From contig NC_057759.1 in the NCBI RefSeq assembly GCF_004010195.1, positions 1,409,212-1,473,211 of the forward strand: a stretch of DNA of 64,000 bases. Direction: 5' to 3'. Shown here one piece after another: positions 1-12,479 of this stretch. This DNA is from Chiloscyllium plagiosum. Lineage: Eukaryota. How positions within the stretch are numbered: the stretch's first letter is position 1; every line of letters starts with the position of its first letter. Under the pieces are notes generated by a model. That model was not told the DNA's origin and ran no database searches. It saw only the letters and a list, made by a program, of their open reading frames with translations. Made by a program: the position numbers and the translations under genes.

Positions 1-760
1 CAGATGGTGCGTGTATGGAATGAGCTGCCAGAGGGAGTGGTGGAGTCTGGTGCAGTTACAACGTTTAATAGCCATTTTGATATGAGTATGAATAAGAAGA
101 GTTTAGAGGTATATGGTCAAGATGCTGACAAATGGGACTAAATTAGGTTAGGATACCTGGTCGGCATGGACGAGTTGGCTATGTTGCAGTTGTAAAGGAC
201 GTTGGTGAGGCCGTACTTGTAGTACTGTGTTCAGTTTTGGTCACGTTGCTATGGGAAGGATGTTATTAAACTGGAAAGCGTGTAGAAGAAACTAACAAGG
301 ATATTGGAATAACTCAACATTCTGAGTTATAGGGAGAGGTTGAACAATCAATAACTATTTTGTTTCGAGCGTAGGAGACTGAGGTAGGATCGCACAGAGG
401 TATATATAACTGTGAGAGGCATTGAAAGGGTGAATGCACTCAGTATTTTCCCCAAGGTTGGGGAACTGAGAACTGGCAGGCATCTGTTTAATGTTAGCAT
501 GGAAAGAATAAAAGTGAACTCGAGGAGGATTTTTTTTACACAAAGTATGGTACATATGTGGAATGATCTGCTGGCAGAATTGATTAGGTGATTACATTAA
601 CAATATTTAAAGGCATTTGGACAAATATATGGAGATGGAAGTTCGGGAAGGATAAGGGACAAGTGCAGGGAAATGTGCTTAGCGTTGAAGGATATTTCAG
701 TCAGCATGAAAGAGTTTGGGGCAAAGGGCCTGTCTCCGTGCTGCAGGACTCTGTGACTCT
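1..760 (+). mobile_element. Two adjacent CR1/HER1 LINE 3' fragments
   Basis: CR1 ORF2 C-terminal motif (ttggtgaggccgtacttgtagtactgtgttcagttttgg, about LVRPxLxYCVQFW) and CR1 3' UTR (gggcctgtctccgtgctg...ctctgtgactct). Confidence 0.85.
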
Positions 761-1227
761 TCGACTCCTTGACTCGATGATATCAGCAGTCATTCTTCGA
801 AGGTTTGCAGATTCTAGACTTAGCTTTCACAATGTCTTCTCGTATGATTGCCTCACTAACTTAAAGAACAATCTGGCGAACAACTGTTTAAGTGAATCAA
901 ATCTATCCTTTGTTGAATATTAAGAGAAAAAAATGTTAATCCAAATAATCTTTCACTGCAGTTCTATAAAAATGGCTCAAGGTATTGTTAATCTTGTCAC
1001 TCAAACCATCTTTTGGTTTTCTTTGGCAATTAGTTGAGTAATTGAGTTCCTTTGTATTTCATCATGCTTTGGAGTTGATCTCTGAACTTCGATTGTATAC
1101 AAGGTAAATAAATGTCTTCGTGTAGGAACTTAAATTCATCAGGATGCATTCGGATTGTTGAAGGATATATTCAGTATCACTGTAATCTGTCGGAGTTATA
1201 TTATAATAAACAAATTCAATAAAATAC

Positions 1228-1894
1228 TGTTAAGACACGGGGTAAACTCTCTTGCATGTTTTAAAGCAGCAACACAGAAGAGATTTATCCCGTGCAGTAA
1301 TCTGCGAAATTTTGATAGGCCATAACTAGTTAAAGTAAGACTTAACGACTTTAACAGAGAATAATTAACTAGCAATTATTTATAACTCATTTCTCGAACC
1401 TATCCTTTACCTTCCTATTCTGCAATACTAGTCTGACGAAACTCCTGATTAAGTTTTACAAAATACAACTTCTTATCTCAAAACCAGGCAGCTTTCTGTT
1501 CTTCTCTGTATTCCGGTTTTCTTTTCTTTGGAGATTTTACATCACAGGTTATTGATCGATAAAGGTACCTTTAAGATAATTTTTTTTGGGCTGGCAATTC
1601 TCCTCCAACTGTTCAACTTTCTCTGGTCTAATGCCCCAAAGCATCGGATTGTGTCATTGCCTTTTAAGATTGTCAATATACTAAATTAAAATTGGATTGG
1701 AGTTTGGCATTTTTGGAGTTATAATTTAACTGATTGGCCTAATTAAAATCTGTTTTTGTCTGCAAACAAAGAGTTACCGTAGCTATTCCAGTAACGGGAC
1801 AACACGTTATGTTGTATCATATTGAGAACGCTTGGTGTTTTCACTGCTAGATTTTAACGCTCTTAAAGTAACAGTAACCCCAATCTTCATAACA
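1228..1894 (-). mobile_element. LTR (Gypsy-like), probably a 3' LTR with its polypurine tract
   Basis: TGTTA...TAACA inverted termini (667 bp). On the minus strand a G-rich purine tract (1895-1908) immediately precedes TGTTATGAAG. Confidence 0.7.
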
Positions 1895-1917
1895 CCACCC
1901 CCCCCCTTAAGAAAGGC

Positions 1918-2216
1918 CTGGCACGGTGGCTCAGTAGATAGCACTGCTGCCTCACATCACTAGGGACCCGGGTCGAATTCTAGCCTCAAATGACCGTCTG
2001 AGTGGAGTCTGAACATTCTCCCCATGTTTATGTGGGTTTTGTCTGGGTGCTCTGGTCTCCTCACAAAATGCAAAGATTTGCAGGTTAGGTAAACTGGCCA
2101 TTCTAAATTGTCCATATTTTTCAGGGATGTGTAGGTTAGGTGCAATAGTCAGGGGTAAATATAGGATAATAAAGTAGGAGAATAGGCCTGGGTAAGTTAC
2201 TCTTCTGAGTGTCAGT
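1918..2216 (+). mobile_element. HE1-type tRNA-derived SINE
   Basis: ggcacggtggctcagt A-box-like head, gggtcgaattc B-box-like motif, HE1 body (gtggagtctgaacattctcccc...ggttaggtaaactggcc). Confidence 0.85.
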
Positions 2217-3205
2217 TGAATTGAATTGAATATATTATCATGTGTACCGTGGCTTAGTGAAAAGCTTTGTCTTGCGAGCAATGCAGACAGATCACTTAGT
2301 TAAATAGCATCGTTAAGTAAATAATAGGTAAACAGCGGCCAAAAACAAAAGACAGTTGCAGGCGAATGTTAAGAGTTTGTGAGTCCATTCAGTATTCTAA
2401 AAACAGTAGGGTAGACATTGTTTTCAAACTGGCTGGTCCGTGTGTTCAGGGTTCTGTACCTTCTCCCCGATTGTAGAGATTGCAGAAAAGCATTGCTATG
2501 GCAGGATGGATCTATAAGAATGCTGGCAGACTTTCCTTGACAGCCGGCCTGGTAGATGGATTCGATAGATGATAGGTTGACCTTTGTGATTTGCTGGGCC
2601 TGTGCACTACTCTCCGTAACTGTCTCCGATCTTGAATGGCACAGTTTCCATACCAGGTCGTGATATATCTAGACAGAATGCTTTCGATGGCACACCGATA
2701 AAGGTTGGCAAGGGTATTCGCCGTTATTCTAAATTTCCACAGATGCCTGAGGAAAAAGAGACGTTGTGGGGACTTTGTAACCAGTGCATCCACATGAAGA
2801 GCCCAAGAAAGCTTGTTGTTGATGACCACCCCCAGAAGCTTGATACTCTGCACACGTTCCACCGCTGAGCTGTTAATCTATGGGGGAGGCATGAGTAACA
2901 CCCTGTCCAAAGTGAGTAATGAGTTCCTTGGGTTTGGCAGCATTGAGAGCAAGGTTGTTCTGAGTGCAACATTTTTCCAGGTCTGCCACCTCCCGTCTGT
3001 AGTCTGTTTCGTCGCCATCTGAGATTCGACCGCTATGGTGGTGTCTTCAGTGAACTTGTAAATGGCATTAGTCTGGTATTTCACGACGCAGTCCTGGGTG
3101 TACAGTAGGGGGCTGTGTAAGCACCCCGTGGGGCTCCAGTGTTGAGTGTTAGTGAGGATGAAATATTTTCCATAATCTTCACTGATTGTAGCCTATGGAT
3201 CAGGC
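2217..3205 (-). mobile_element. Rex1/Babar-type LINE 3' fragment (RT C-terminus)
   Basis: Minus ORFs KLLGVVINNKLSW...RLFFLRHL...YRCAIESIL and IYKFTEDTT; (TTCAA)n tail at 2217-2230. Confidence 0.85.
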
Positions 3206-3254
3206 CAGACAGGATCAGGCAATACCTCTGAGGGTGATTTATTGACTCGCAACG

Positions 3255-3960
3255 CAACGTTTATTGCCCACATCATCCCCCAGTTGCTCGTTTGAGAAGG
3301 TGGCAGTGAGCTGCTGTCTCAAACCAATACAGTCAATTTGCTGTCGGTCTTCTGGAGCTCTTCTGGAGGGAATTCCAGGATATTGTCCCAGCAACACTGA
3401 AGGAACAGCCCATGTATTTCCAAGTCAGGGTGGTGATTTGCTTAGAGGGAAACTATAGCGGGTGGAGCTCCCCTGTATCTGCTGCCCTTCACCTTCTAGA
3501 TGGATACGGTCATGTGTTTGGAAGTTAGTGTCTGAGAATCCTTTGTGAATTTTTGTAATGTATTGTGTAGATGGAAAATATTGCTGCTGCAGAGCATCAG
3601 TGGTGAAGGGAATGAATGTTTCTGTGGTTGGGGCCAATCAACCGGAGCTTCCTTTGTCCCTGTATGATGTTGAGCCACTCAAGTGTTGTTGGAGCTGCAC
3701 CCCTCCAGAGGAATATTCCATCCTGATTTTTGCTTTGTCAATGATGGACAGGTATTCTAGAAAAACGATGTGAATTTCTCTCTGCAAGATACCCAGTATC
3801 TGACCTGCTGTCACTGCAACAGTATTTATTTAGTTCGGCCAGTTTAATTTGTGGGCAATGATAGATCCCAGGTTGTTGACAGTGGTGAGGTTTCAGTAAC
3901 AATAGCGCCATTGAACACCAAGTGGGCGAAGGCTTGTTTTTGTCTCTCAATCGTAACTCC
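3255..3960 (-). mobile_element. Degenerate 3' end of a CR1/L2-group LINE
   Basis: Recurrent motif ttattgccca...ttgagaaggtggcagtgagctgc, also at about 13515, 17310 and 48885. Confidence 0.6.
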
Positions 3961-4014
3961 CAAGTTGTTGATAGTTATCAGCATTGATCATCAATGGCAG
4001 TTTTTTTTTTAGAT

Positions 4015-4510
4015 TCTACAGTTTTGTGTGCATTTCTGGTTGCCTCACTAAAGGAAAGATGTGAAAGTAATATAGGGTTTATAGAGGAGGTTCACTAGCA
4101 TGTTGACTTGGATGGAGCAACTGAGCTATGAGGAGAGACTGGATGGGCCTGGATTATTTTCTTTCGAGGAGAGAAGACTGAGGCGGGGACCTAATAATGG
4201 TGAAAAAGATTATGAGTGGAATGGGCATGGTGAACACAAAGCAGTTGCTCCCCTCTGTTGAGTGGTCAATCAAAAGCAGGCATAGTTTTAGGACAAGGGA
4301 CAAAAGATTTGGAGAGGATTTGGGAAAAATCTTTTTCGCTTGGTGCGTCGAAGGTAGTAGAGTGTGGAAACCTTACAAACACTCTGATGTATTTGGATGA
4401 AAACATTCAACAACATGAGACAAGTACAGGAAATTGGGATTAACATACCTTTAATGGTAGTCGCTGCTGGCGCATAATCAATGTGCCAAAATGTTGTATG
4501 GCTCTATTAC
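4015..4510 (+). mobile_element. CR1 3' fragment
   Basis: Similar to other CR1 3' ends (gaggaggttcactag..., gagaagactgagg). Confidence 0.7.
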
Positions 4511-4861
4511 TCTCAGAATGGTAACCCTTCCCAAGGATGTTAAAGTGTGAGATTCAGTGATAAGCAACACCATTGAACATAAAGAAGGTATTGGTTAGAT
4601 TCTCTCTTAATGTTAATCTTCAGGATTTTGACAGTGAGAAAATTGAGTGATGGTAACACAATTGATCATCAGGGAGTAGTGGTTAGATTGTACCTCAATG
4701 ATAATCGTCAGGTGTTGACAGTTATAGCGAAATAAAATTCTACATTAGTTTTGACCGCATCGAATTCTTTTTAAAATCATTACATCAAACTGTTTCCAAC
4801 TGATATTCCCAACCAATGGACGAACTGCGTGGTTTTTAATCTCGGTGTGTATCCTCCGCAG

Positions 4862-5177
4862 TTCCTGTCACAGATGCTGTGCTGATTTTCTGCACTAATG
4901 GGACAGAGTTACATTCTAGAGAGATACATTCTGGAGAGAGCCTGGTTCTCCAGTGATTAGTGAAGGAAGGCACTGAGCCCCAGTTCCTTTGGTAACATGA
5001 CAATGTGCTGCAAAGAAACGGCAGTGCAAACTACCATGTGACTGCTGTTGGTGCTGAGCTGGTTACTCATTCATTCCAGAGAGACAATGTCGAGAGTATC
5101 ACTGTGCAGCAAAAAACAGGGAACCAAAAACACAATTTGTAACGTGACCCGCGACAATGTCGACTTCACGCTGCAAG
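4862..5177 (+). pseudogene. Fc receptor-like Ig-domain pseudo-exon (membrane-proximal type)
   Basis: ccgcag acceptor and G|gtaag donor, phase 1. Reads VPVTDAVLIFCTNGTELHSREIHSGESLVLQ*LVKEGTEPQFLW*HDNVLQRNGSANYHVTAVGAELVTHSFQRDNV..YHCAAKN..NVTRDNVDFTLQ. Stops at 4954-56 (Cys position) and 4993-95, frameshifts, and a 15-bp internal duplication. Confidence 0.85.
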
Positions 5178-5276
5178 GTAAGAGTGACAGTTAGATCATA
5201 AATGGACAGAGGACAGAGAAACACCAACCGCTCTATGCAGTCTGTGCCAGTTAGAAACAGTTAGCCATCTCAGTTT

Positions 5277-5405
5277 GGGAGGTGATGGCTGGGTAGTATC
5301 ATCATGAGGTTATTAATCCAGCAACATGGCTCGTGCTTGCAGGATCCCAGTTCAAATCCCACCCATACGAGATGATGGAATTTTCAATAATTAAAATCTA
5401 GAATG
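5277..5405 (+). mobile_element. Second tRNA-derived SINE family, 5' fragment
   Basis: gggaggtgatggc...ttattaatccag...ccagttcaaatcccac head; an antisense copy lies at about 38220-38500. Confidence 0.55.
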
Positions 5406-5414
5406 GAAAGTCTT

Positions 5415-5825
5415 ATGGAGAGAGGAATGCAGTGGAGATTCACTAGGATGTTGCTTGGGATGGGACCTCAAAGAGATGTTTAAGATTCTGAGGGTCCTGG
5501 ATGGGGCGACAGGAAGCAGCTCTTCTCCTTCGTTGAAGAGTTAATAACAAATGGGGCATCATTTTAAAGTGAAGAGCAGGCGGGTTAGAGAGATTGTAGG
5601 ATTGCTTCATTCAGATGATGGGGGCCTGGGAGTGTTATTGAGGAGTGAAACCGCCCAACTTTCATAATATACTTTGACGAGCACTCGAAGTGTCATAACA
5701 TTCAAGAGTATGGATGGTTAGAGCGAAAAAGTAGGGAAGAGTGCGTGTATTGGTGGAATTTTCGGTGTACAGTCCGAATGGACGAAAGGACGTCCTCTGT
5801 ACTGCAAAATTCAATGATTCTGACT
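5415..5825 (+). mobile_element. CR1 3' fragment
   Basis: ggagattcactaggatgttg...ctctgtactg 3' end motifs. Confidence 0.65.
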
Positions 5826-5934
5826 CAATCCATATAACTTGACATTAGTTTCGTTTTAAAAAAGTTCTGTTTATTCAATATTGTCACAGTTTGCCCCATA
5901 GCCCTGAGTATCACAATGATCTTAATCGAGTGAT

Positions 5935-6200
5935 TTGACAGCTCAGTGGTTAGCACTACTACCTCACAATGCTTGACATCCACGTTCGAAATCTGAATTA
6001 GCTGATTGTCTGCATGTGTCTGTACCTTCTCCCCGTTTCTAATAGTGTTACTTCCCACAGTCAGAAAGTGTGCAGGTTAGGTGGATTGACCACGCTAAAT
6101 TGCTCACAGTTTCCAGAGATGTGCAAGCTAGATGGCTTAGTCATAGGAAATGCAAGCTTACAAGGATAGGATGGAGGATAGGTTGGATAGTCTTTGGACT
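5935..6200 (+). mobile_element. HE1-type SINE (degenerate)
   Basis: gctcagtggttagcactact...gtgcaggttaggtggattgacc. Confidence 0.75.
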
Positions 6201-6249
6201 ACTATTTTCTAAAGGCTCCTGGTTCTTGTAAAGTGGTGCTTGTAAAGTA

Positions 6250-7210
6250 TGCACCGATATCTTGAATGTTTCATGGTATTCCTTTTTACTCAGGCAATCC
6301 AGAGTAGCACTTACACATTTAAAAGTAGGTTCCTTGGGACTGTTTGCTTGCTGAGCTGGAAGGTTTATTTTCAGATGCTTCGTCACCATACGAGGTAGCA
6401 TCACCAGTGAGCCTCCAGTAAAGTGTTGGTGTTATGTCCCACTTTCTATTTATGTGTCTTGGTCTCTTAAGGTGGGTGATGTCATTTCCAGGTTTTGTTT
6501 TCTCAGAGGTTGGTAAATGGGGCCCAAATCAATGTGTCTATACATGGAGTACGGGTTTGAATGCCAGGTCTCTCTGAATACCTGTCCGTGCCTCTGTTTA
6601 GCCTGTCTTAGGATGGATGTGTTGTCCCAGTCGACGTTGTGCGCTTCTTTGTCTGTATGTAAGGATACTAATGATAGTGCATCATGTCTTTTGGTAGCTA
6701 GTTGATGTTCATGTATCCTATTGACTAGTGTTTTGCCTGTTTGTCCGCCATAGTGTTTGTTGTAACCCTTGCATGGTCTCTTGCAAATAACATTCGTTTT
6801 GTTGGTTGTTTATATCAGGTAGTTTAGGTTCATCTGCCGCTGTTTCAGTGTGTTGGTAGATTGGTTAACATGATGCAAAGGGGTAGAAGTAGTCAGATGG
6901 TAATTTCAGATATGTCCTTGATGTATGGTACTGTGGCTAGAGTTTCTGGGCGCATTGTGTCTACTTCTTTAGGATAGTTGTTCTGGAATCGGCGGACCGT
7001 GTTTATTGGGTATCTGTTCATCTTGAATATGCTGTACAGGGTTTTTTTTTCTGATGTTCCTGGTTGCTGCAGTGTATTGTGTCCAGTTTCAACAATGTCC
7101 TGATGCAGCTCCATTTGTTGGGGTTGGTATGATTGCTTCTGCAGTTAACTAATTGCTCCGAGTGTGTTACTTTCCTGTATAGGCTTGCCTGAAATTCTCC
7201 ATTAACTGTT
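6250..7210 (-). mobile_element. Penelope-like element 3' part (RT thumb plus GIY-YIG endonuclease)
   Basis: Minus translation LYSIFKMNRYPINTVRRF...ATVPYIKDISE and KHYGGQTGK...RIHEHQLATKRHD; degenerate hammerhead motif at about 6370-6410. Confidence 0.8.
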
Positions 7211-7237
7211 CATAGAATTCTAGAACCACAATATCCC

Positions 7238-7525
7238 TACTGTGTGGAAACAAGCCATTTGGCCCAACAAAACCACAACGATCCTCCGAAGAGTATCCCA
7301 TCCAGACCTATTCCTCCTACCCCCTGCATTTCTCCTGACTAATGCACCAAACATACATATCCCTGAACACTATGGGCAATTTAGCACGGCCAATTCACCT
7401 AATCTCCACATATTTGAACTGCGGGAGGAAACTCACACAGAGACAGAGAGAATGAGCAAACTCCACACAGTCCCCCGACGTTGGAATCAAACCAAGTTCC
7501 CTGGAGTTATGAGGCAGCAGTGCTA
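7238..7525 (-). mobile_element. HE1-type SINE
   Basis: Reverse complement of the HE1 body (gggcaatttagcacggccaattcacctaa...caaactccacacag). Confidence 0.85.
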
Positions 7526-7544
7526 ATCCCTGAGCAGTTAATGT

Positions 7545-8200
7545 GGATAGAGTCACAGAGGCACAGCCACAGAACAAGACATCCCAATCTGACCTTGCCC
7601 CAATTGCCAGCATTGGGGCCCTATCCCTCTAAAGCCTTCCTGTTCACCTACCCATCAGATGCCTTTCAAATGTTGTTATTGGACCTGCCTGCACCACCTC
7701 CTCTGGCAGCTCATTCCATACACGCACCATCCTTTGCAATAAAATATTTTATAATGTTTCCTCTCTCAACTTAAACTTATGCGGTCTAGTTTTGTATTCT
7801 CCATCCCAACTTCATTGTTTATGCTATCCATCCCCCTCATGATTTGATAAACTCCTATACGCTCACCCTTCAGCCTCTAGCACTGCAGGGAAAGAAAGCC
7901 CCTGCCTATTAGCATCTCCCTATAACTCAATCCGTCTTGACCTGTTATCACGTATTTTTCATTCTAAAAGTTGGAAATCTTGTCTGCACCCATTCAAGTT
8001 TAACAAAATCTTTCCTATAGAAGGGTGATTAGAATTGTACTCTGTATTCTAAGAGTGGCCTCAACAAAGTGCCGTACAGCAGAAACATACATCCCAAAGC
8101 CTGTACTCAATGTTGTGTCCAATTAAGACAATCAAGCGAAAGTCTTTCTTCACCACCCTATCGACCTGCGACTCCACTTTCAAGGAACTATGCACCTGCC
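7545..8200 (-). mobile_element. CR1 3' fragment
   Basis: Antisense CR1 end (ccctatccctctaaagccttcc...caccacctcctctggcagctcattcca). Confidence 0.8.
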
Positions 8201-8589
8201 ACGCGAGTTATCTTCTCTAAAATACATAAAGGGACTGCTATCCTCTATGTTAAACAACACATGTGGTGACCGCCCTTCTCTGTGATACATCTGCGTAACC
8301 CTCAAGAAAAATGATCCAGAAAATCATCCCGGTGAAAATGATGCAGAATATCTCACAAGGTGGCAAAGAAATTTCAGAGATGTTGCGACAAGTAAAAAGG
8401 ATTAGTAAGTGATAGCTAATATAAAAGTATTGGGCACTGTCCTTCTCTATAATGCACACAGGGACTGCTATTCAGTAATATATTAATAACGAGCGATTAC
8501 ACAGTTTATGTGAAGACACAATTATCAAGTCAGCATTACTATGCAGAGTGTGTACAAAATGTTTTCCTGGCCTAGTGCGTTGAGGCGCC

Positions 8590-9650
8590 AATCTGGGATT
8601 AGACTGGGTTGGACGTAATATTTTAGGGTTAATTAGTAACTGATCTTTAAATATGCTTATGAGATGTTGTGACCATGACGTAGTAGAATTCTGTGAAGTG
8701 GTTACAATAATATTACAGAATTTCATTTCAAGTTTGAATGTTACATCATTTATCTTAAAGCTGAACAAAGGAAATATGGATATGGAAGGGATAGATAATC
8801 GGGAGTAATTTTTGCAAATAGGAGATTGGAATCTTCATAAGGAAACACTTCAAGTTCGACAACAGATGCAAATTCCTTGAAAGAACAAAGATCCAAATGG
8901 AATTGTGCATCTAGCAAGATTCTTAATAGATACCTAAATTTCATCATTCAAAAGCAGACAAATTGTAAGACTGCCAGAAACACCGGGAAGCCTGAAGATT
9001 GGGAGTAATTGAGGACCCAGCATAAGAAGACCAAAACATTGTTGTCGAAAGGAAATCAATACAAATTCAAGCAAGTGATGACTACAAAGATGGATGGTAA
9101 AGATTTTTTTTAATGATACAGTGAAAGAAAAACAACTTAGACAACATAAATGTGGACCCATCACTGATGAGGGTAGCAAAATTTCATTATCAAGAGAACA
9201 ATGTAGTTCACAGATTTGCAGAAGGTCATTGGACCATACAAAGCAGGCCTTTCGACCCTCCAGCCTGCTCCACCATTCAGCAGGATCATGCCTGATCCGA
9301 CATTCCTCACATTTATTTTCCCATCCTCTCCCCGATGAGGCTTAATTCCACTATGAAACAAAGCCTTAAACATACAAACGGACTCAGCGCCCCCCTTCCC
9401 CCCGCCCATCACCCCACCCCACCATTCACACACACAGCTCATTTCAGCTAGGAGTTGTAAAGACTCAGGATTCTCTGAGAAAATAAATTCCTCCGCACCT
9501 CAGTCTTCAATTGGTACTATTTTGATTTAAACTCCGTTTTGTCCTCTCAGCATCGACCCCATTAATCCCCTTTGGAATCCTACCTGTTTCAATGACATCA
9601 TCCCTCATTCTTCTAAACTCTAGTAAGGAGTGTGCCAAACTGTTAACTCG
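8590..9650. mobile_element. Decayed CR1 ORF2 fragment (+) followed by a CR1 3' end (-)
   Basis: Endonuclease/tether-like remnants (gtgaccatgacgtagtagaatt), then antisense 3' UTR (gcctgctccaccattcagcaggatcatg). Confidence 0.55.
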
Positions 9651-10049
9651 CAAGCAAAATGATCCAGGAAATCATCCAGGTTTAAGTGAAGCAAATAAAT
9701 ATATAAGGCACCAAACAAATTTCAGAGAGGCTATGGCAAATAAAAAGTGACAGTTGATCTAAAATTACTGAGAGTGCTGGTTGATAAATACCTTCAACTG
9801 ATTTGAAGTTAATGACAGGGTGGTGAAGAAACGGCAAAATCAATTGCCATTGTTGGCTATCTTCATTATATCTATAGTTTCTACAACTGGTCATGCTGAC
9901 TCGAAGATATTTAACATAAAAGCTTACATAGCAAGGAAAAAAGGTCTTTGTGAATATGTGACCATGTGAGAATCTAATAGGGAGAATCTAGAAAGAGAAT
10001 GGAGCAAAGAAAATGGTAAAATTGCCTAGAGCCAACATTGTTGTGTTAA

Positions 10050-11160
10050 TAGAACATAGAACATTACAGCGCAGTACAGGCCCTTCAGCCCTCGATGTTG
10101 TGCTGAACTATGGAACTGATCTGAAGCCCTACAGTCTCACCTACACTATTCTATTCTCGCCCATATGCCTATCCAAATACTAGTTAAATTTCCTTAAAAT
10201 GGAATCATGCTTGACAAAACTGATGGAGCGTTTTGAACATATTCCTTGCAGCATCTGTAAATGAGAAAGAGAGAAGGTAATAAGTTCTCAGAAGGCTTTT
10301 CATAAGATCCCACACAGGCTGTCAACAAAAGTAAGTACAGGCCATGGGACTGGTTAAATTGAATAATATGGTTTGCAAATTGCTGAGTATGGAGAAAGCC
10401 GAAAGGAGGAATGAATGAATCATTCTGAGGAGGCAAGCTTTTCTCGTAGGGCGTCACAAACATGAGACATTATGAGTCTAGTGTTTCCTGAAGGTGTTAG
10501 CACAGTCAGCCAGGGTTGTGAAGAACGCATACGGGCGACAACCTGGTTATACAATATAGGAGCAGGAAAATCCTGTTGCAAGTTTACAGACCATTGGTTA
10601 GAACACAGATGGAATACTGTGTGCAGTTCTGCTTGCCACACTATCGTAAGGACATGATAACACTGGAGAGGGTGCAGAGGAGATTCACTAGGATGCTGTC
10701 TTGGTTGGAATTTTTCAGTTTTTTGAGGAGAGGTTGGATAGGCTGAGTTTGTCTTTCCTGGGAAAAAAGAGGCTGCGAAGGGTGGAGGAAAGTAGGGGGA
10801 TCTGTTTGAAGAATACAAAATAATGAGGCAGAAACAGAGGGGATTGTTCAAATCCTTTCCCCATGGCAGACCAGTCTAAGACCAGAGTGCATAAGCTTAA
10901 GGTGAGGAATAAGTGCCTTTAGGGGATCAGGATTTTTTTTTCTCCCAGACGGTGGAAGAAAGATGGACTGTCCTGGCTCAGAGGATGGTGGAGGCAGATA
11001 CTTTCACAACATTTGACCAGCATCTGGACAAGCACTTCAAATAGCAGGGCGTTGTGGGCTATGGACCAAGTATAAGAAAATAGAATCCGCTTGTTGGTCA
11101 GAATAGACATGGAGGGACAAAGGGCCTGTTTCTATGCTGTATAACTCTATGACTCTGACT
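10050..11160. mobile_element. CR1 fragments (minus 3' end 10050-10200; plus RT/3' end 10200-11160)
   Basis: agaacatagaaca tail; LEYCVQF-like motif at about 10610; ctctatgactct 3' end. Confidence 0.75.
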
Positions 11161-12479
11161 TTATGAAAAAGATTAAATCCACAGCTCGACAACTTTTACA
11201 ATGATTTGGCTGACATTGTTGAAGGAGTAGGCCATTCGGCCCCTCGAGCCTGTTCCACATTCAATAGAATCATGGCAAATCTAATACTCTTAAAGTGATA
11301 TTGCTGCAAATGCAGGAATATGAATACATCAGAAAAGTTGTCAATTATTGTACCATCATCTCACATCCCCTTTCCCTCCAACAAATATTCCGAAAACTGT
11401 CTGCCTCAATTTAAATATATTTAGTCATGCCAATACAATATCTCCACCACTGAGAAGTTTCTAGAAGTCCAATTTGCTTCAGTCTACCATATGGTAACAT
11501 TCACTCCTATTCTGCCCTCAATTTGAGTCAGTTTATCTTTCCCTTCACCACACATTAGCATGCAGTTTCCTCTTCAGTCATTTAATTAATTTCTCTGATT
11601 AAAGTTGCACAATTTGCAGACACCTCACTGTGATCTACCTCTTCGTAAAAAATCAAACCAACACTAGTTTTACCTAAGTAAGTTCATCCATCAGCTAGAA
11701 TTTCATCATGTTTATAAAGGCATCTCTCTCCCCTTTCTCTATGTTATTGAATCTGGTCTTGTTCACATTACACTCAGTCACGATTACAAAAGTATTTCTG
11801 TATCCCTTATCATTGTCTTTTCTTTTACATTGGTCAAATTTGATGAATACACCTTTTCTCCTCCTTCATCTTTAAAAAGGTTGTAACGAGCTTTGTTGGA
11901 ATTTAAGAAGACAAGGTCGATCAATGGATTAAACACAATAATGTTTCACTTTAAAAAAAATACTGAGCTGTAATAATTGAAAGTGTTTGTTAAAAAAATA
12001 CAGCGAGCTAAACTCTTTTGATGAACTTCCACAACTGACCAGTTCCTGATTTATGCAAAATAACTTATTACTTCGAGTCATCTTCGAAGTGTTAAAAGAC
12101 CTGAAACTCACCAATTGCCAGAAGCATTGAAAAAGCAAACATTTTCTGATGAAATTCCCACCCAATATTTTGAATGGAGAGATCAGTGTGTTGGTGCCAT
12201 TTTTTGCTTGACTTTCTGACTAGTCTGAATATAACAGTCTGTCTTGAGGAAGTTCCTTCCGGAACTGAGATGACAACATAAGATGTCATGTGGTTTCCCA
12301 AAGCTATTTCGATTACCCATACTCGTGTGAGTCAAGTTATTGCTACACATCAAAAATACAACATTGTTTAGCTGTCGCCACAGAAGCAGTGTGTAGAAGT
12401 GAGGCCCTAAGGCCTCTCAGGCAGATTACACACAGGAGTTAACTGTACCTCAGTTGGCTGGACAGCTGGCTTGTGATGC

